A program made the position numbers and the translations under genes. A stretch of 64,000 nucleotides of DNA from Escherichia coli (GTDB taxonomy: Bacteria > Pseudomonadota > Gammaproteobacteria > Enterobacterales > Enterobacteriaceae): assembly GCF_029227855.1 (NCBI RefSeq), contig NZ_CP074356.1; one strand, given 5' to 3'. Below, one piece after another: positions 20,343-31,610 of this stretch (positions are counted from its first letter, which is position 1; the number at the start of each line of letters is the position of its first letter). The notes under the pieces are model-generated. The model searched no databases. It worked only from the letters and a program-made list of their open reading frames with translations, and was not told the origin of the DNA.

Positions 20343-21398
20343 ATGAAAAAGAGCACTCTGGCATTAGTGGTGATGGGCATTGTGGCATCTGCATCCGTAC
20401 AGGCCGCAGAAATATATAACAAAGACGGTAATAAACTGGATGTCTATGGCAAAGTTAAAGCCATGCATTATATGAGTGATAACGACAGTAAAGATGGCGA
20501 CCAGAGTTATATCCGTTTTGGTTTTAAAGGCGAAACACAAATTAACGATCAACTGACGGGTTATGGTCGGTGGGAAGCGGAGTTTGCCGGTAATAAAGCG
20601 GAGAGTGATACTGCACAGCAAAAAACGCGTCTCGCTTTTGCCGGGTTGAAATATAAAGATTTGGGTTCTTTCGATTATGGTCGTAACCTGGGCGCGCTGT
20701 ATGACGTGGAAGCCTGGACCGATATGTTCCCGGAATTTGGTGGCGACTCCTCGGCGCAGACCGACAACTTTATGACCAAACGCGCCAGCGGTCTGGCTAC
20801 TTACCGTAACACCGACTTCTTCGGCGTTATCGATGGCCTGAACTTAACCCTGCAATATCAAGGGAAAAACGAAAACCGCGACGTTAAAAAGCAAAACGGC
20901 GATGGCTTCGGTACGTCATTGACATATGACTTTGGTGGCAGCGATTTCGCCATCAGTGGGGCCTATACCAACTCCGATCGCACTAACGAGCAGAACCTGC
21001 AAAGCCGTGGCACAGGCAAGCGTGCAGAAGCATGGGCAACAGGTCTGAAATACGATGCCAATAATATTTATCTGGCAACTTTCTATTCTGAAACACGCAA
21101 AATGACGCCAATAACTGGCGGCTTTGCCAATAAGACACAGAACTTTGAAGCGGTCGCTCAATACCAGTTTGACTTTGGTCTGCGTCCATCCCTGGGTTAT
21201 GTCTTATCGAAAGGGAAAGATATTGAAGGTATCGGTGATGAAGATCTGGTCAATTATATCGACGTCGGTGCTACATATTATTTCAACAAAAATATGTCAG
21301 CGTTTGTTGATTATAAAATCAACCAACTGGATAGCGATAATAAGCTGAACATCAATAATGATGATATTGTCGCGGTTGGCATGACCTATCAGTTTTAA
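20343..21398 (+). CDS. phoE: Phosphate-starvation outer membrane porin PhoE
   Basis: 351 aa from [21 protein letters not shown] (signal peptide); C-terminal porin Phe; the track ORF starts 2 codons earlier. Confidence 0.9.
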   Translation: MKKSTLALVVMGIVASASVQAAEIYNKDGNKLDVYGKVKAMHYMSDNDSKDGDQSYIRFGFKGETQINDQLTGYGRWEAEFAGNKAESDTAQQKTRLAFAGLKYKDLGSFDYGRNLGALYDVEAWTDMFPEFGGDSSAQTDNFMTKRASGLATYRNTDFFGVIDGLNLTLQYQGKNENRDVKKQNGDGFGTSLTYDFGGSDFAISGAYTNSDRTNEQNLQSRGTGKRAEAWATGLKYDANNIYLATFYSETRKMTPITGGFANKTQNFEAVAQYQFDFGLRPSLGYVLSKGKDIEGIGDEDLVNYIDVGATYYFNKNMSAFVDYKINQLDSDNKLNINNDDIVAVGMTYQF

Positions 21399-21405
21399 TG
21401 GATAT

Positions 21406-21428
21406 TGCCGGATGTGATGCATCCGGCA
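21406..21428. terminator. Bidirectional terminator hairpin between convergent phoE and crl
   Basis: Hairpin TGCCGGATG-loop-CATCCGGCA in a 38-nt intergenic gap. Confidence 0.5.
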
Positions 21429-21436
21429 CATTTCAC

Positions 21437-21895
<459 letters not shown>

Positions 21896-23140
21896 TTAAC
21901 ACAATCGTTTTTCAATCCAGTCGGTGATTTCCTGAAGACCTTTGTCAAAATTCCGATACACCGGGTTAAATGGGATCTCTAACAATTTACCGTCAGCAGA
22001 TGATGAGGTGATTAAGCGTGAGTCCTCTTCCGGGCTGAACGGATCGTTCTTCCAGTAGCCTGATAACATTGGCGTTGGGCAGCGACGTCCCAGCAATCCT
22101 TGCACTTTTAATGAATAGCGATTCAGCTCCACGCGCAACGCTTCGTCGGAAGCATCATGCATCCCCAAACGGCTCGCCAGAACGTCAAGATACATTTCCG
22201 GCACCTGTTGCTGGCACTTAAAATCACTCAACAGGGTATGAACTACCGGACCAAGACAGGCAACCGCTTTCAGACGCGGCGATTCAAGGTATGCCAGACG
22301 CACGGCAACGTTAGCGCCGAAACGGAAACCAAAGGCCGCGACGCGAGTGTGATCTACCCACGGTACGTTAGGCAGCGCCTTTAAGACGTGCTGATGCAAC
22401 AGGCTGGAGTCCTGGGTGAGCTTCCATTTTGAAGAAAAGCCCACCGACGGCATATCAATAGTCAGCATCGCAATGCCGCGCGGCGCAAAATAACGTTCAT
22501 ACAGGCTGTAATAGTCCGTCTGCATCGCATCCAGACCACCACACATTAATACTGTCGGGAACGGGCCATCGCCTTTCGGCATATGCAAAAAGCCGGTGAT
22601 GGGCGCACCGCCGGGTACGGTAAACTCCATCTGCCGCATGGTGCCCGGCAGACGCTGAGCGGCCTCTTCATAGGCGCGGTTTGACAAAGCCTGCGCTTGC
22701 TCGGCCAGGTCATCTCCTTTCAGATGAGGATAGGCGGCAATGTTGTACAACGTAGCCGCATGCAGCCAGTGACGACCACTGAGTTGCGGATCTTCTTCCG
22801 CACAGGCTTTTTGTTGCCACACCATCGCCTGGGTGGCCCACTCATAAATCCAGTTGCCACCACGGTAGCCAATCACCGTATCGTATAAATCATCGTCGGT
22901 ACGTTCGGCATCGCTCATCACAATACGTGCCTGGACGTCGAGGATTTCACGTGGGTCAATGCCGCGCCAGATCCACATCAGACGGTTAATCATGCGATAC
23001 CAGTGAGGGATGGTTTTACCATCAAGGGCCGACTGCACAGGCGGTTGTGCGCCGTGATTAAAGCGGCGGACTAGCGTCGAGGTTTCAGGATGTTTAAAGC
23101 GGGGTTTGAACAGGGTTTCGCTCAGGTTTGCCTGTGTCAT
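21896..23140 (-). CDS. frsA: Esterase FrsA
   Basis: 414 aa alpha/beta hydrolase; conserved synteny. Confidence 0.85.
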
Positions 23141-23231
23141 GGATGCAGCCTCCAGAATACTTACTGGAAACTATTGTAACCCGCCTGAAGTTAAAAAGAA
23201 CAACGCCCGGCAGTGCCAGGCGTTGAAAAGA

Positions 23232-23690
23232 TTAGCGACCGGAGATTGGCGGGACGAATACGACGCCCATATCCCACGGCTGTTCGATCCAGGTATCTTG
23301 CGGGATATCAACAACATAATCATCAACCAGCGGGCGACCAGCCGGTTTTGCGAAGATGGTGACAAAGTGCGCTTTTGGATACATTTCACGAATCGCAACC
23401 GCAGTACCACCGGTATCCACCAGGTCATCAATAACGATGAAGCCTTCGCCATCGCCTTCTGCGCGTTTCAGCACTTTAAGCTCGCGCTGGTTGTCGTGAT
23501 CGTAGCTGGAAATACAAACGGTATCGACATGACGAATACCCAGCTCACGCGCCAGTAACGCACCCGGTACCAGACCGCCACGGCTTACGGCAATAATGCC
23601 TTTCCATTGTTCAGAAGGCATCAGTCGGCTTGCGAGTTTACGTGCATGGATCTGCAACATGTCCCAGGTGACGATGTATTTTTCGCTCAT
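23232..23690 (-). CDS. gpt: Xanthine-guanine phosphoribosyltransferase
   Basis: 152 aa; PRPP-binding motif [11 protein letters not shown]. Confidence 0.9.
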
Positions 23691-23950
23691 GTGAAGTGTC
23701 CCAGCCTGTTTATCTACGGCTTAAAAAGTGTTCGAGGGGAAAATAGGTTGCGCGAGATTATAGAGATCTGGCGCACTAAAAACCAGTATTTCACATGAGT
23801 CCGCGTCTTTTTACGCACTGCCTCTCCCTGACGCGGGATAAAGTGGTATTCTCAAACATATCTCGCAAGCCTGTCTTGTGTTGACAACATTTTCTGCTAA
23901 CCCTGTGACCTGCAATACTGTTTTGCGGGTGATCGACAAGGAGACTTAAC

Positions 23951-25408
23951 GTGTCTGAACTGTCTCAATTATCTCCACAGCCGCTGTGGGATATTTTTGC
24001 CAAAATCTGTTCTATTCCTCACCCGTCCTATCATGAAGAGCAACTCGCTGAATACATTGTTGGTTGGGCAAAAGAGAAAGGTTTCCATGTCGAACGCGAT
24101 CAGGTAGGTAATATCCTGATTCGTAAACCTGCTACCGCAGGTATGGAAAATCGTAAACCAGTCGTCTTGCAGGCCCACCTCGATATGGTGCCGCAGAAAA
24201 ATAACGACACCGTGCATGACTTCACTAAAGATCCTATCCAGCCTTATATTGATGGCGAATGGGTTAAAGCGCGCGGCACCACGCTGGGTGCGGATAACGG
24301 CATTGGTATGGCGTCTGCGCTGGCGGTTCTGGCTGACGAAAACGTGGTTCACGGCCCGCTGGAAGTGCTGCTGACCATGACCGAAGAAGCCGGTATGGAT
24401 GGTGCTTTTGGCTTACAGAGCAACTGGTTGCAGGCTGATATTCTGATTAACACCGACTCCGAAGAGGAAGGTGAAATCTACATGGGTTGCGCGGGGGGTA
24501 TCGACTTCACCTCCAACCTGCATTTAGATCGTGAAGCGGTTCCAGCTGGTTTTGAAACCTTCAAGTTAACCTTAAAAGGCCTGAAAGGCGGTCACTCCGG
24601 CGGTGAAATCCACGTTGGCCTGGGTAATGCCAACAAACTGCTGGTGCGCTTCCTGGCGGGTCATGCAGAAGAGCTGGACCTGCGCCTTATCGATTTCAAC
24701 GGTGGCACACTGCGTAACGCCATCCCGCGTGAAGCCTTTGCGACCATTGCTGTCGCAGCTGATAAAGTCGACGCCCTGAAATCTCTGGTGAATACCTATC
24801 AGGAGATCCTGAAAAACGAGCTGGCAGAGAAAGAGAAAAATCTGGCATTGCTGCTGGACTCTGTTGCGAACGATAAAGCTGCCCTGATTGCGAAATCTCG
24901 CGATACCTTTATTCGTCTGCTGAACGCCACCCCGAACGGTGTGATCCGCAATTCCGATGTGGCAAAAGGTGTGGTGGAAACCTCCCTGAACGTCGGTGTG
25001 GTGACCATGACTGACAATAACGTAGAAATTCACTGCCTGATCCGTTCTCTGATCGACAGCGGTAAAGACTACGTGGTGAGCATGCTGGATTCGCTGGGTA
25101 AACTGGCTGGCGCGAAAACCGAAGCGAAAGGCGCATATCCTGGCTGGCAGCCGGACGCTAATTCTCCGGTGATGCATCTGGTACGTGAAACTTATCAGCG
25201 TCTGTTCAACAAGACGCCGAACATCCAGATTATCCACGCGGGCCTGGAATGTGGTCTGTTCAAAAAACCGTATCCGGAAATGGACATGGTTTCTATCGGG
25301 CCAACAATCACCGGTCCACACTCTCCGGATGAGCAAGTTCACATCGAAAGCGTAGGTCATTACTGGACACTGCTGACTGAGCTGCTGAAAGAAATTCCGG
25401 CGAAGTAA
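23951..25408 (+). CDS. pepD: Cytosol non-specific dipeptidase (aminoacyl-histidine dipeptidase)
   Basis: 485 aa M20-family peptidase; GTG start. Confidence 0.9.
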   Translation: MSELSQLSPQPLWDIFAKICSIPHPSYHEEQLAEYIVGWAKEKGFHVERDQVGNILIRKPATAGMENRKPVVLQAHLDMVPQKNNDTVHDFTKDPIQPYIDGEWVKARGTTLGADNGIGMASALAVLADENVVHGPLEVLLTMTEEAGMDGAFGLQSNWLQADILINTDSEEEGEIYMGCAGGIDFTSNLHLDREAVPAGFETFKLTLKGLKGGHSGGEIHVGLGNANKLLVRFLAGHAEELDLRLIDFNGGTLRNAIPREAFATIAVAADKVDALKSLVNTYQEILKNELAEKEKNLALLLDSVANDKAALIAKSRDTFIRLLNATPNGVIRNSDVAKGVVETSLNVGVVTMTDNNVEIHCLIRSLIDSGKDYVVSMLDSLGKLAGAKTEAKGAYPGWQPDANSPVMHLVRETYQRLFNKTPNIQIIHAGLECGLFKKPYPEMDMVSIGPTITGPHSPDEQVHIESVGHYWTLLTELLKEIPAK

Positions 25409-25420
25409 TTATTTGATTTG

Positions 25421-25452
25421 CTGCCGGATGGCGTTTAATCGCCTTCCGGCAG
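25421..25452. terminator. REP-like hairpin, probable pepD terminator
   Basis: CTGCCGGATGGCG...CGCCTTCCGGCAG palindrome immediately after the pepD stop. Confidence 0.45.
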
Positions 25453-25464
25453 TTTCATCCTTCA

Positions 25465-25853
25465 TTATCCTTCGATAAAAGCCATCCCTGTAAATGTCCG
25501 TCTCGGGTTGCCACGTTCAATCTGGTGATGGAACATTCGCCGCCGCGATTTCAGCACCGCGCTATTTTCCTGTTGCTGTTGTTCCAGCGTCCAGGCAATC
25601 AGCAATCGCGCCAGCCGCTTGTTAGCATGCCCAGAAACAAGTTTTTGCGCCCATGATGAGGCCGATACGGACTCGGACAAATCCACTGAATAGTGCCGCA
25701 CCAACTTTCGCTTAATGCCCATGCGTTATCGCCATCCAGAGAAATCAGCGCCGAACGCAGCGTGTCAGAGTAGCGGCCCGTTTCTGTTTCCAGCACCGTT
25801 ACCGCGACGTCTTGCCGGGTAAAAACGACCAACAGAGAATAACGCTGCGCCAA
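25465..25853 (-). pseudogene. prfH: Release-factor-homologue gene prfH, 5'-truncated and frameshifted
   Basis: Two overlapping ORF fragments in different frames, the downstream one ending in a release-factor-like C-terminus; no continuous frame; same location as K-12 prfH. Confidence 0.5.
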
Positions 25854-26019
25854 TCGGGTAGCCGCGTCCGGGGTGTAAATCTGGCATCCCTACTACGCGC
25901 TGCATGTTGGGTAAATTTGCCGTGGTGTGTAATTGTTGAATCGCTAAACTCTCGATCCACAGGTCATCAGATGCGATGGTAAATACCGCATCGGATAAGG
26001 GACGAATATATTTGCCCAT
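25813..26019 (-). pseudogene. ykfJ: RtcB-like RNA ligase gene remnant (N-terminal ~70 codons only)
   Basis: Fragment ...[19 protein letters not shown] resembles the RtcB N-terminal metal-binding region; frame then diverges. Confidence 0.5.
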
Positions 26020-26263
26020 GTATCATTCCATTTATACTCGTCATACTTCAAGTTGCATGTACTGCGACTCGAATTATTTAGAGTATATAAATATAAAAAT
26101 CAGGAAATGGCAGACGAATCCAGGGCAAGAAAAAAGAATTAATCCTGGAAAGGTCTGCAAAGAGTCATTGATAAAGGATTTGTCATGATTTACCTCCTTG
26201 CAGTTTGTGGAATAAGAAAACGCGCACATACCAGGCGGGCGTTATTTTCATTGCAAGCTGGAT

Positions 26264-26716
26264 TTAATGTTGCGGTTTATATCGCATAGAAAAATTAGTA
26301 AACCACGCTCCCCTGCATTCAACGCGCTGCTGCTTAACTGTCTGAAAACCATAACGTTCAAAAAAGGGTTTTGCGGTTATGCTGGCGTCCACTGTAAGTT
26401 CGGATTCAGACTTAATCAAAGGTTTTAACAAAGCGCTGGCAACCCCACGGCGGGTGTATTCAGGGTCAACAAATAACATATCGATATAGTGTTCAACGCA
26501 GGTAATAAAGCCGACCAGTTTTGCATTAATGACTGCAACCCGCACTTGTGATTTCGCGAGTTTCTCCTTCCAGCGAGATTCGTCAATCTGCGCCCAGGCG
26601 GCAATTTGTTGTGGTGAATAATGCTGACTGGCGGTCATCGTAACCGCTCTAATGAAAATAGCGCATAGTTGCTGAAAATCGCAAGGCTGATAATCTCTTA
26701 TTTGTATGTTATTCAT
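26264..26716 (-). CDS. yafP: GNAT-family N-acetyltransferase YafP
   Basis: 150 aa; last gene of the dinB-yafNOP operon. Confidence 0.8.
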   Translation of the reverse strand: MNNIQIRDYQPCDFQQLCAIFIRAVTMTASQHYSPQQIAAWAQIDESRWKEKLAKSQVRVAVINAKLVGFITCVEHYIDMLFVDPEYTRRGVASALLKPLIKSESELTVDASITAKPFFERYGFQTVKQQRVECRGAWFTNFSMRYKPQH

Positions 26717-26725
26717 AATATAAAT

Positions 26726-27124
26726 TCAAAAACGCATGCGAAACGCTTCTGCCATTTTTCCAATTTTATGCATTTGGTTGTTATCTCGAGCCAGTTTATG
26801 AGGTTCAGGCTTCAGAATGGCAATGAGCAACCATGCTTGCTCATCAAACGCCCCCTGACAATATACCAAATGCGCTTCGTCATTCGTTCTGCTGAATTGG
26901 CGCAACTGTGGCGGAAATGGATTATTCACATTTGCCAGATGAATATGAGCAACTCGCTCAAATTTGATTAATGGCCAGGTAAACAAGTCGTCGTAGAGTG
27001 CATCGCGACCAAATATATCTGGCAAAATACCGTCACGCTTATAGGAAATAAAATCCGCCGTTAACGCATCAAGTTCCTCTGCTGTAAGTTGCAGGCGAAT
27101 AAGTTTTGTTTTGAATACCCGCAT
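26726..27124 (-). CDS. yafO: Ribosome-dependent mRNA interferase toxin YafO
   Basis: 132 aa; follows yafN in the dinB operon. Confidence 0.8.
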   Translation of the reverse strand: MRVFKTKLIRLQLTAEELDALTADFISYKRDGILPDIFGRDALYDDLFTWPLIKFERVAHIHLANVNNPFPPQLRQFSRTNDEAHLVYCQGAFDEQAWLLIAILKPEPHKLARDNNQMHKIGKMAEAFRMRF

Positions 27125-27126
27125 CC

Positions 27127-27420
27127 TTATTCCTTAAAGTCATTGAAATCATCATCCGTCATATCATTAAGATATTGTTCAGCGCGGCGTGTAATTTCCT
27201 CTAATCTTGCAGCACTCGGACGGAAGCGCGCCTTTATGGGCTTTTTCTCCTCTTGTTCAGCAAGCATGTCCATTAACGCTTCGAATGCGCTGGCACTTAA
27301 GAGATATCCTGCGGGGCGATTATTAGAAAGAACCGCAACCGGTTGATCAATAAAGTATTTAGCTGGGTTTTTACGTAACTCAGTGATATTGACCGATTTT
27401 TCAGCGAGAATTCGATGCAT
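27127..27420 (-). CDS. yafN: Antitoxin YafN (Phd/YefM-like)
   Basis: 97 aa; immediately upstream of yafO. Confidence 0.8.
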   Translation of the reverse strand: MHRILAEKSVNITELRKNPAKYFIDQPVAVLSNNRPAGYLLSASAFEALMDMLAEQEEKKPIKARFRPSAARLEEITRRAEQYLNDMTDDDFNDFKE

Positions 27421-27471
27421 ACAGTGATCCCCTCATAATAATGCACACCAGAATAGACATAATAGTATACA

Positions 27472-28527
27472 TCATAATCCCAGCACCAGTTGTCTTTCCA
27501 TTTGAGGGTCAAGCAACGTCACATGCAGCCCCACCAGTCGCACACCGCGCCCGCCGCGGCGTTCATCCCAGGTTTTACGCGCGGTGGCGATTAGATCAGC
27601 TTTATTCAGCCGCGGCCAGACGTGCTCCTGAGTAGTTTGCTGAAAATCGTCGAACTTTAATTTCACCCCCTGGCGAGCAATCAGTAAATCAGGTTTTACT
27701 TTTGCCAGACGACGTTCAAGTTCCGGATACAGCCGCTCGATAATCGCTTCACATTCAGACCAGTGATGAATATCTTCCGCCATCGTGCGTTCCACGCCGA
27801 CAGATTTTCGCAACCGTTCGCTGTTAACGTCGCGCTCGTCAATCCCCTGACTACGCTCCCACAAAATGCGGCCAAATTTGCCAAAACGTTTGAGCAGAGT
27901 CACCAGATCACACTTTTGCACATCACCGCAGGTCCGCAGCCCCATCGCTTCCAGTTTTGCCGCCGAGACTTTGCCGACGCCGGGGATTTTTGCCAGCGGT
28001 AAGGTTTGTAAAAATGTCGGAACTTCTGCCGGCGTAATCACAAACTGGCCGTTGGGTTTATTCATGTCGGAGGCGATTTTGGCGAGAAACTTTACTGGTG
28101 CCACGCCCGCAGACGCCGTCAGTTGCAGCTCGTTGAAGATTGTCTGGCGGATTTCCTGGGCGATGAGGGTCGCAGAACCGTGGCAATGGACGCTATCAGT
28201 GACATCGAGATAGGCTTCATCCAGTGACAACGGTTCAATACGCGAGGTGTAGCGCGAGAAGATTTCACGGATATGATTTGAGGCTTCTTTGTAGGCGTCA
28301 AAGCGCCCCGGAAGCAAGGTGAGATGTGGGCATAATTTGAGCGCCATCCCTGTCGGCATAGCGCTACGTACGCCAAATTTACGCGCGGGATAATTGGCGG
28401 TGCTGATCACCCCCCGACGTTCGCGGCTGCCGCCAATAGCAATAGGGATATCGCGCAGGGCGGGATTGTCGCGCATCTCCACCGCTGCGAAAAAGCAGTC
28501 CATATCCACATGAATGATTTTACGCAT
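27472..28527 (-). CDS. dinB: DNA polymerase IV (Y-family translesion polymerase)
   Basis: 351 aa; N-terminal catalytic motif [17 protein letters not shown]. Confidence 0.95.
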   Translation of the reverse strand: MRKIIHVDMDCFFAAVEMRDNPALRDIPIAIGGSRERRGVISTANYPARKFGVRSAMPTGMALKLCPHLTLLPGRFDAYKEASNHIREIFSRYTSRIEPLSLDEAYLDVTDSVHCHGSATLIAQEIRQTIFNELQLTASAGVAPVKFLAKIASDMNKPNGQFVITPAEVPTFLQTLPLAKIPGVGKVSAAKLEAMGLRTCGDVQKCDLVTLLKRFGKFGRILWERSQGIDERDVNSERLRKSVGVERTMAEDIHHWSECEAIIERLYPELERRLAKVKPDLLIARQGVKLKFDDFQQTTQEHVWPRLNKADLIATARKTWDERRGGRGVRLVGLHVTLLDPQMERQLVLGL

Positions 28528-28541
28528 TGCTCACCTCTCAA

Positions 28542-28561
28542 CACTGGTAAAGTATACAGTG
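28542..28561 (-). promoter_or_regulatory. LexA (SOS) box of the dinB promoter
   Basis: CACTGTATACTTTACCAGTG on the dinB strand (CTG-N10-CAG), 15-35 nt upstream of the dinB ATG. Confidence 0.7.
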
Positions 28562-28597
28562 ATTTCAGGGTTTGAGAAATGCGTAAAGATTCAGCAT

Positions 28598-29521
28598 CTA
28601 GCGCGTTCGCTGTGAAAGCACCTGCTGCTTATCCAGCTTTTGCACCAGCGGCTGCACCACTTTATCCCCATGCTGACCAAAGTATTGATACAGCGTATCG
28701 GACGCACTTTTGGTCAGCACCATAATCTCAATGCGTCGGTTGCCCGCGCTTTGCGGATTTTTCGCGTCCAGCAGCATCTGGTCCGCCATCGCGCTCACCT
28801 GCATCACTTTATCTTCCGGCATTCCGGCCTCTTCCAGCACCCGACGAGCCGAAAGCGCGCGATCGCCCGAAAGGTTCCAGTTGTTGTAGATATTGTTTTT
28901 GTAGGCCATCGCATCGGTATGCCCTGTAATAATAATTTTGTTATCGAGCGAGTCGAACACTGGCGCGAGCTCCACCAGCAAAGTTTTAAAGAACGGCATA
29001 ATCTGTGCGCTGCCGCGTTCAAACATATTGCGGTTCTGGTCATCTTTAATCAGCACGCGCAATCCCTGGGGAACAATCTCCATCTCCAGATTCGCTTCCA
29101 TATGTGCATCACGGGCAATGGTGTTGATACTGGTCGCCAGCTCGCCAAGCTCAGTAGCGGATTTCTTCTTCAGCAGCGCCGTTTTCTCATTGACGTCACG
29201 CGCTTTTTTCTCCGTCTCTTCCGGCACCGCCACGGTGGCAGGTTTTGGCGGATGAGACGGGCTGATTTTATTTAACGGCGACAACCCGCCGCCATTGAAA
29301 ATCGACTGCCCGTGCAGCGCGGCGATAATGCTTTCACGCTCGGATTTACTGACGCTGTTGACAATCCACAGCGTCATAAACAGCGCCATCATTGCCAAAG
29401 TAAAGTCGGCGAACGCCACCTTCCACGCCCCGCCGTGGTGCCCGGCATGATTCTTTTTGATCTGCCGCCGGACGATGGTGGTTTTTGCCCCACGCTCGCG
29501 GCGGTTGCCCGTCTTTCTCAT
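28598..29521 (-). CDS. lafU: Lateral flagellar motor stator protein LafU (MotB-like, OmpA-type C-terminal domain); upstream GTG at 29554 is an alternative start
   Basis: TM helix followed by a peptidoglycan-binding OmpA-like domain; directly downstream of the MotA-like gene. Confidence 0.8.
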   Translation of the reverse strand: MRKTGNRRERGAKTTIVRRQIKKNHAGHHGGAWKVAFADFTLAMMALFMTLWIVNSVSKSERESIIAALHGQSIFNGGGLSPLNKISPSHPPKPATVAVPEETEKKARDVNEKTALLKKKSATELGELATSINTIARDAHMEANLEMEIVPQGLRVLIKDDQNRNMFERGSAQIMPFFKTLLVELAPVFDSLDNKIIITGHTDAMAYKNNIYNNWNLSGDRALSARRVLEEAGMPEDKVMQVSAMADQMLLDAKNPQSAGNRRIEIMVLTKSASDTLYQYFGQHGDKVVQPLVQKLDKQQVLSQRTR

Positions 29522-29523
29522 GC

Positions 29524-30387
29524 TTATTCTTGCTCCAGCATCGCATTCACCCACGCGTCGAGGTTGGCGAAGGTCGGTTTAGATGCCAGATGCAGCAGCT
29601 TACGCCCGGCGTCCACCGCCAGCAGGGTCGGTTTGCCGCCTGCCTGCGCCACCAGCACGGTGCGCACGCATTCCAGCAAAGAATGTTCCGCCCGTGCCTG
29701 TTGTTCCATGGCGTTGGCAAGCGGGTCCATCAGGCAGTAGCAGATAAAGACGCCTAAAAACGTCCCCACCAGAGCCGCCGCCACTTTCAGGCCAATCAGG
29801 GCGATAGATCCATCAATCGACTGCATGGTGATGATGATGCCCAGCACCGCCGCGCAAATACCAAATCCCGGCATCGCTTCGGCAGTACGTTGCAGCGAGC
29901 GCGACGGCGTTAACAGGGACTCTTCCGCGGTGTCCAGTTCCTGATCGAGAGTGCCTTCCAGTTCATGGGCGTCAATCTTGCCCATCGCCATCAGGCGAAA
30001 GTTATCGGCAATAAAGGTCACCAGCCGCTTCTGGGTTAACACCAGCGGGTATTTCTGGAAAACGGTGCTCTCTTCCGGCTGCTCAATATGCTGATCCAGC
30101 ATGCGCAGGCCGCCGTTTTGTACCATTTCAAGCAACTCATACAGGCACATTAATAGCTGACGCTGAAACTCCGGCCCGAGCTGTTTTTTACTGATCACGC
30201 CTTTAATTTGATGGGCAATCTCTTTCAGCACATGTTTCGGGTTACCAATAATCATCGCCCCAAAACCGGCACCCAAAATAATGATCATCTCCGCCGGTTG
30301 CCAGATAGCCACTAATTGCCCGCCCGCTTCAAAATAACCGCCAAATACGCAGCCGAGCACCACCAGTAAACCTAATATTTTTTGCAT
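29524..30387 (-). CDS. lafT: Lateral flagellar motor stator protein LafT (MotA/PomA-like)
   Basis: 287 aa, four TM segments, MotA-like. Confidence 0.85.
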   Translation of the reverse strand: MQKILGLLVVLGCVFGGYFEAGGQLVAIWQPAEMIIILGAGFGAMIIGNPKHVLKEIAHQIKGVISKKQLGPEFQRQLLMCLYELLEMVQNGGLRMLDQHIEQPEESTVFQKYPLVLTQKRLVTFIADNFRLMAMGKIDAHELEGTLDQELDTAEESLLTPSRSLQRTAEAMPGFGICAAVLGIIITMQSIDGSIALIGLKVAAALVGTFLGVFICYCLMDPLANAMEQQARAEHSLLECVRTVLVAQAGGKPTLLAVDAGRKLLHLASKPTFANLDAWVNAMLEQE

Positions 30388-30399
30388 GATTTCTTCACT

Positions 30400-31116
30400 T
30401 TAATTCGGATAGACAAAATCACGAATTTTCTGCGCGATCTGTTTATTCAGTTGACAAATTCGGGCCTCGGTTAGCCCTAATACCAGCGCAATCTCTTTGA
30501 GATTCATCTCATGCTGGTAATACATGGAGAGGATCAGTTGCTCTTTTTCGCTTAATAGTGAAAGCGCGTGTTGCAGCATTTGCTGGGTGACAAACTGATC
30601 TTCCAGTTCCCTGCCAGCAAGTGGAATGCCTGGCCCTTCACCGTTCAGCAGTTCGTCCAGGCTGGCGAGCGTTTCCGCCCCTTCCAGTTGCTGATATTCG
30701 AGATAATCTTCATGCGAAATCCCTTCCACGGCCAGTTCTGACCACTCCGGTTCGTGCCCCAGTTTTTTGCGCGTCTCACGAATCAGATCTTTCATCTGAT
30801 GATATTTCTGTCGCAGCTGGCGCGGTCGCCAGTCGAGAGCGCGCAGCTCATCCAGGATCGCGCCGCGAATCCGGTGCACGGCATAGCCGGCAAAACCTTC
30901 GTCCGGCAGCCCATAGCGACGAATGGCATTAAGCAGCCCCATTAACGCCGTTTGTTCCATATCCTGACGATCAATAATGCAATTACACTGCGGGGCAAGT
31001 TGCCGCACCACTTTACGCACCAGTGGTAAATAGGCCTGCAAGTAGTGGCTCTCCTGCTGCGGGGTTAATACCGGCGTGGCAGCAAATTCTTCTGACTCGA
31101 ATACATCCTGTAGCAT
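30400..31116 (-). CDS. lafS: Lateral flagellar sigma-28-type sigma factor (FliA-like)
   Basis: 238 aa; sigma-70 family regions 2 and 4. Confidence 0.8.
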   Translation of the reverse strand: MLQDVFESEEFAATPVLTPQQESHYLQAYLPLVRKVVRQLAPQCNCIIDRQDMEQTALMGLLNAIRRYGLPDEGFAGYAVHRIRGAILDELRALDWRPRQLRQKYHQMKDLIRETRKKLGHEPEWSELAVEGISHEDYLEYQQLEGAETLASLDELLNGEGPGIPLAGRELEDQFVTQQMLQHALSLLSEKEQLILSMYYQHEMNLKEIALVLGLTEARICQLNKQIAQKIRDFVYPN

Positions 31117-31135
31117 GTTTATATCCGCCTGGTGA

Positions 31136-31603
31136 TTACTGGAAGACCACTTTTTTCACCAGCAAATCCTTATACGGTGCGCTCATTTTGCGACGTTGAA
31201 GATCTTTCTTTAACGCATCCGAAATCAGTTTGCGGATGGCGGATATTTTCATGCCGCGCAAATCTTCAAATTTCATTTCCGTCAGGCATTCAACTGCAAT
31301 ACTTTGATACAGCGGCTCCTGATGTTTTATTTTTTCCGCTTCTTTGTCACTGGCAACCACCATCACTAATTCCGCCGACAAATAATGGTCCGCGCCGTTG
31401 TTGTCATGCAAAGTGACAATGGTTTCCGGCAACGTCACAAACACGCTTTTGCTTTCATCCAGGGTTTCCACCGTTTCCGTCTGCGCGGCGGCAGTCGGTT
31501 TTCCTTTTCCGGCATAATGATGCCAGACACCCCATCCAGCTCCGGCCCCCACCACCAACGCCAGAACGGCGCTGACCACGCCCGCCACCACGATTTTCTT
31601 CAT
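31136..31603 (-). CDS. lafF: FliL-like flagellar basal-body-associated protein
   Basis: 155 aa; N-terminal TM helix plus FliL-like periplasmic domain. Confidence 0.7.
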   Translation of the reverse strand: MKKIVVAGVVSAVLALVVGAGAGWGVWHHYAGKGKPTAAAQTETVETLDESKSVFVTLPETIVTLHDNNGADHYLSAELVMVVASDKEAEKIKHQEPLYQSIAVECLTEMKFEDLRGMKISAIRKLISDALKKDLQRRKMSAPYKDLLVKKVVFQ

Positions 31604-31610
31604 ATTGCCT

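Noticed and set aside
24572-25360. 262-aa antisense ORF within pepD
   Set aside because: Entirely antisense to a conserved gene; low-complexity His/Arg/Gln-rich translation with no motif.
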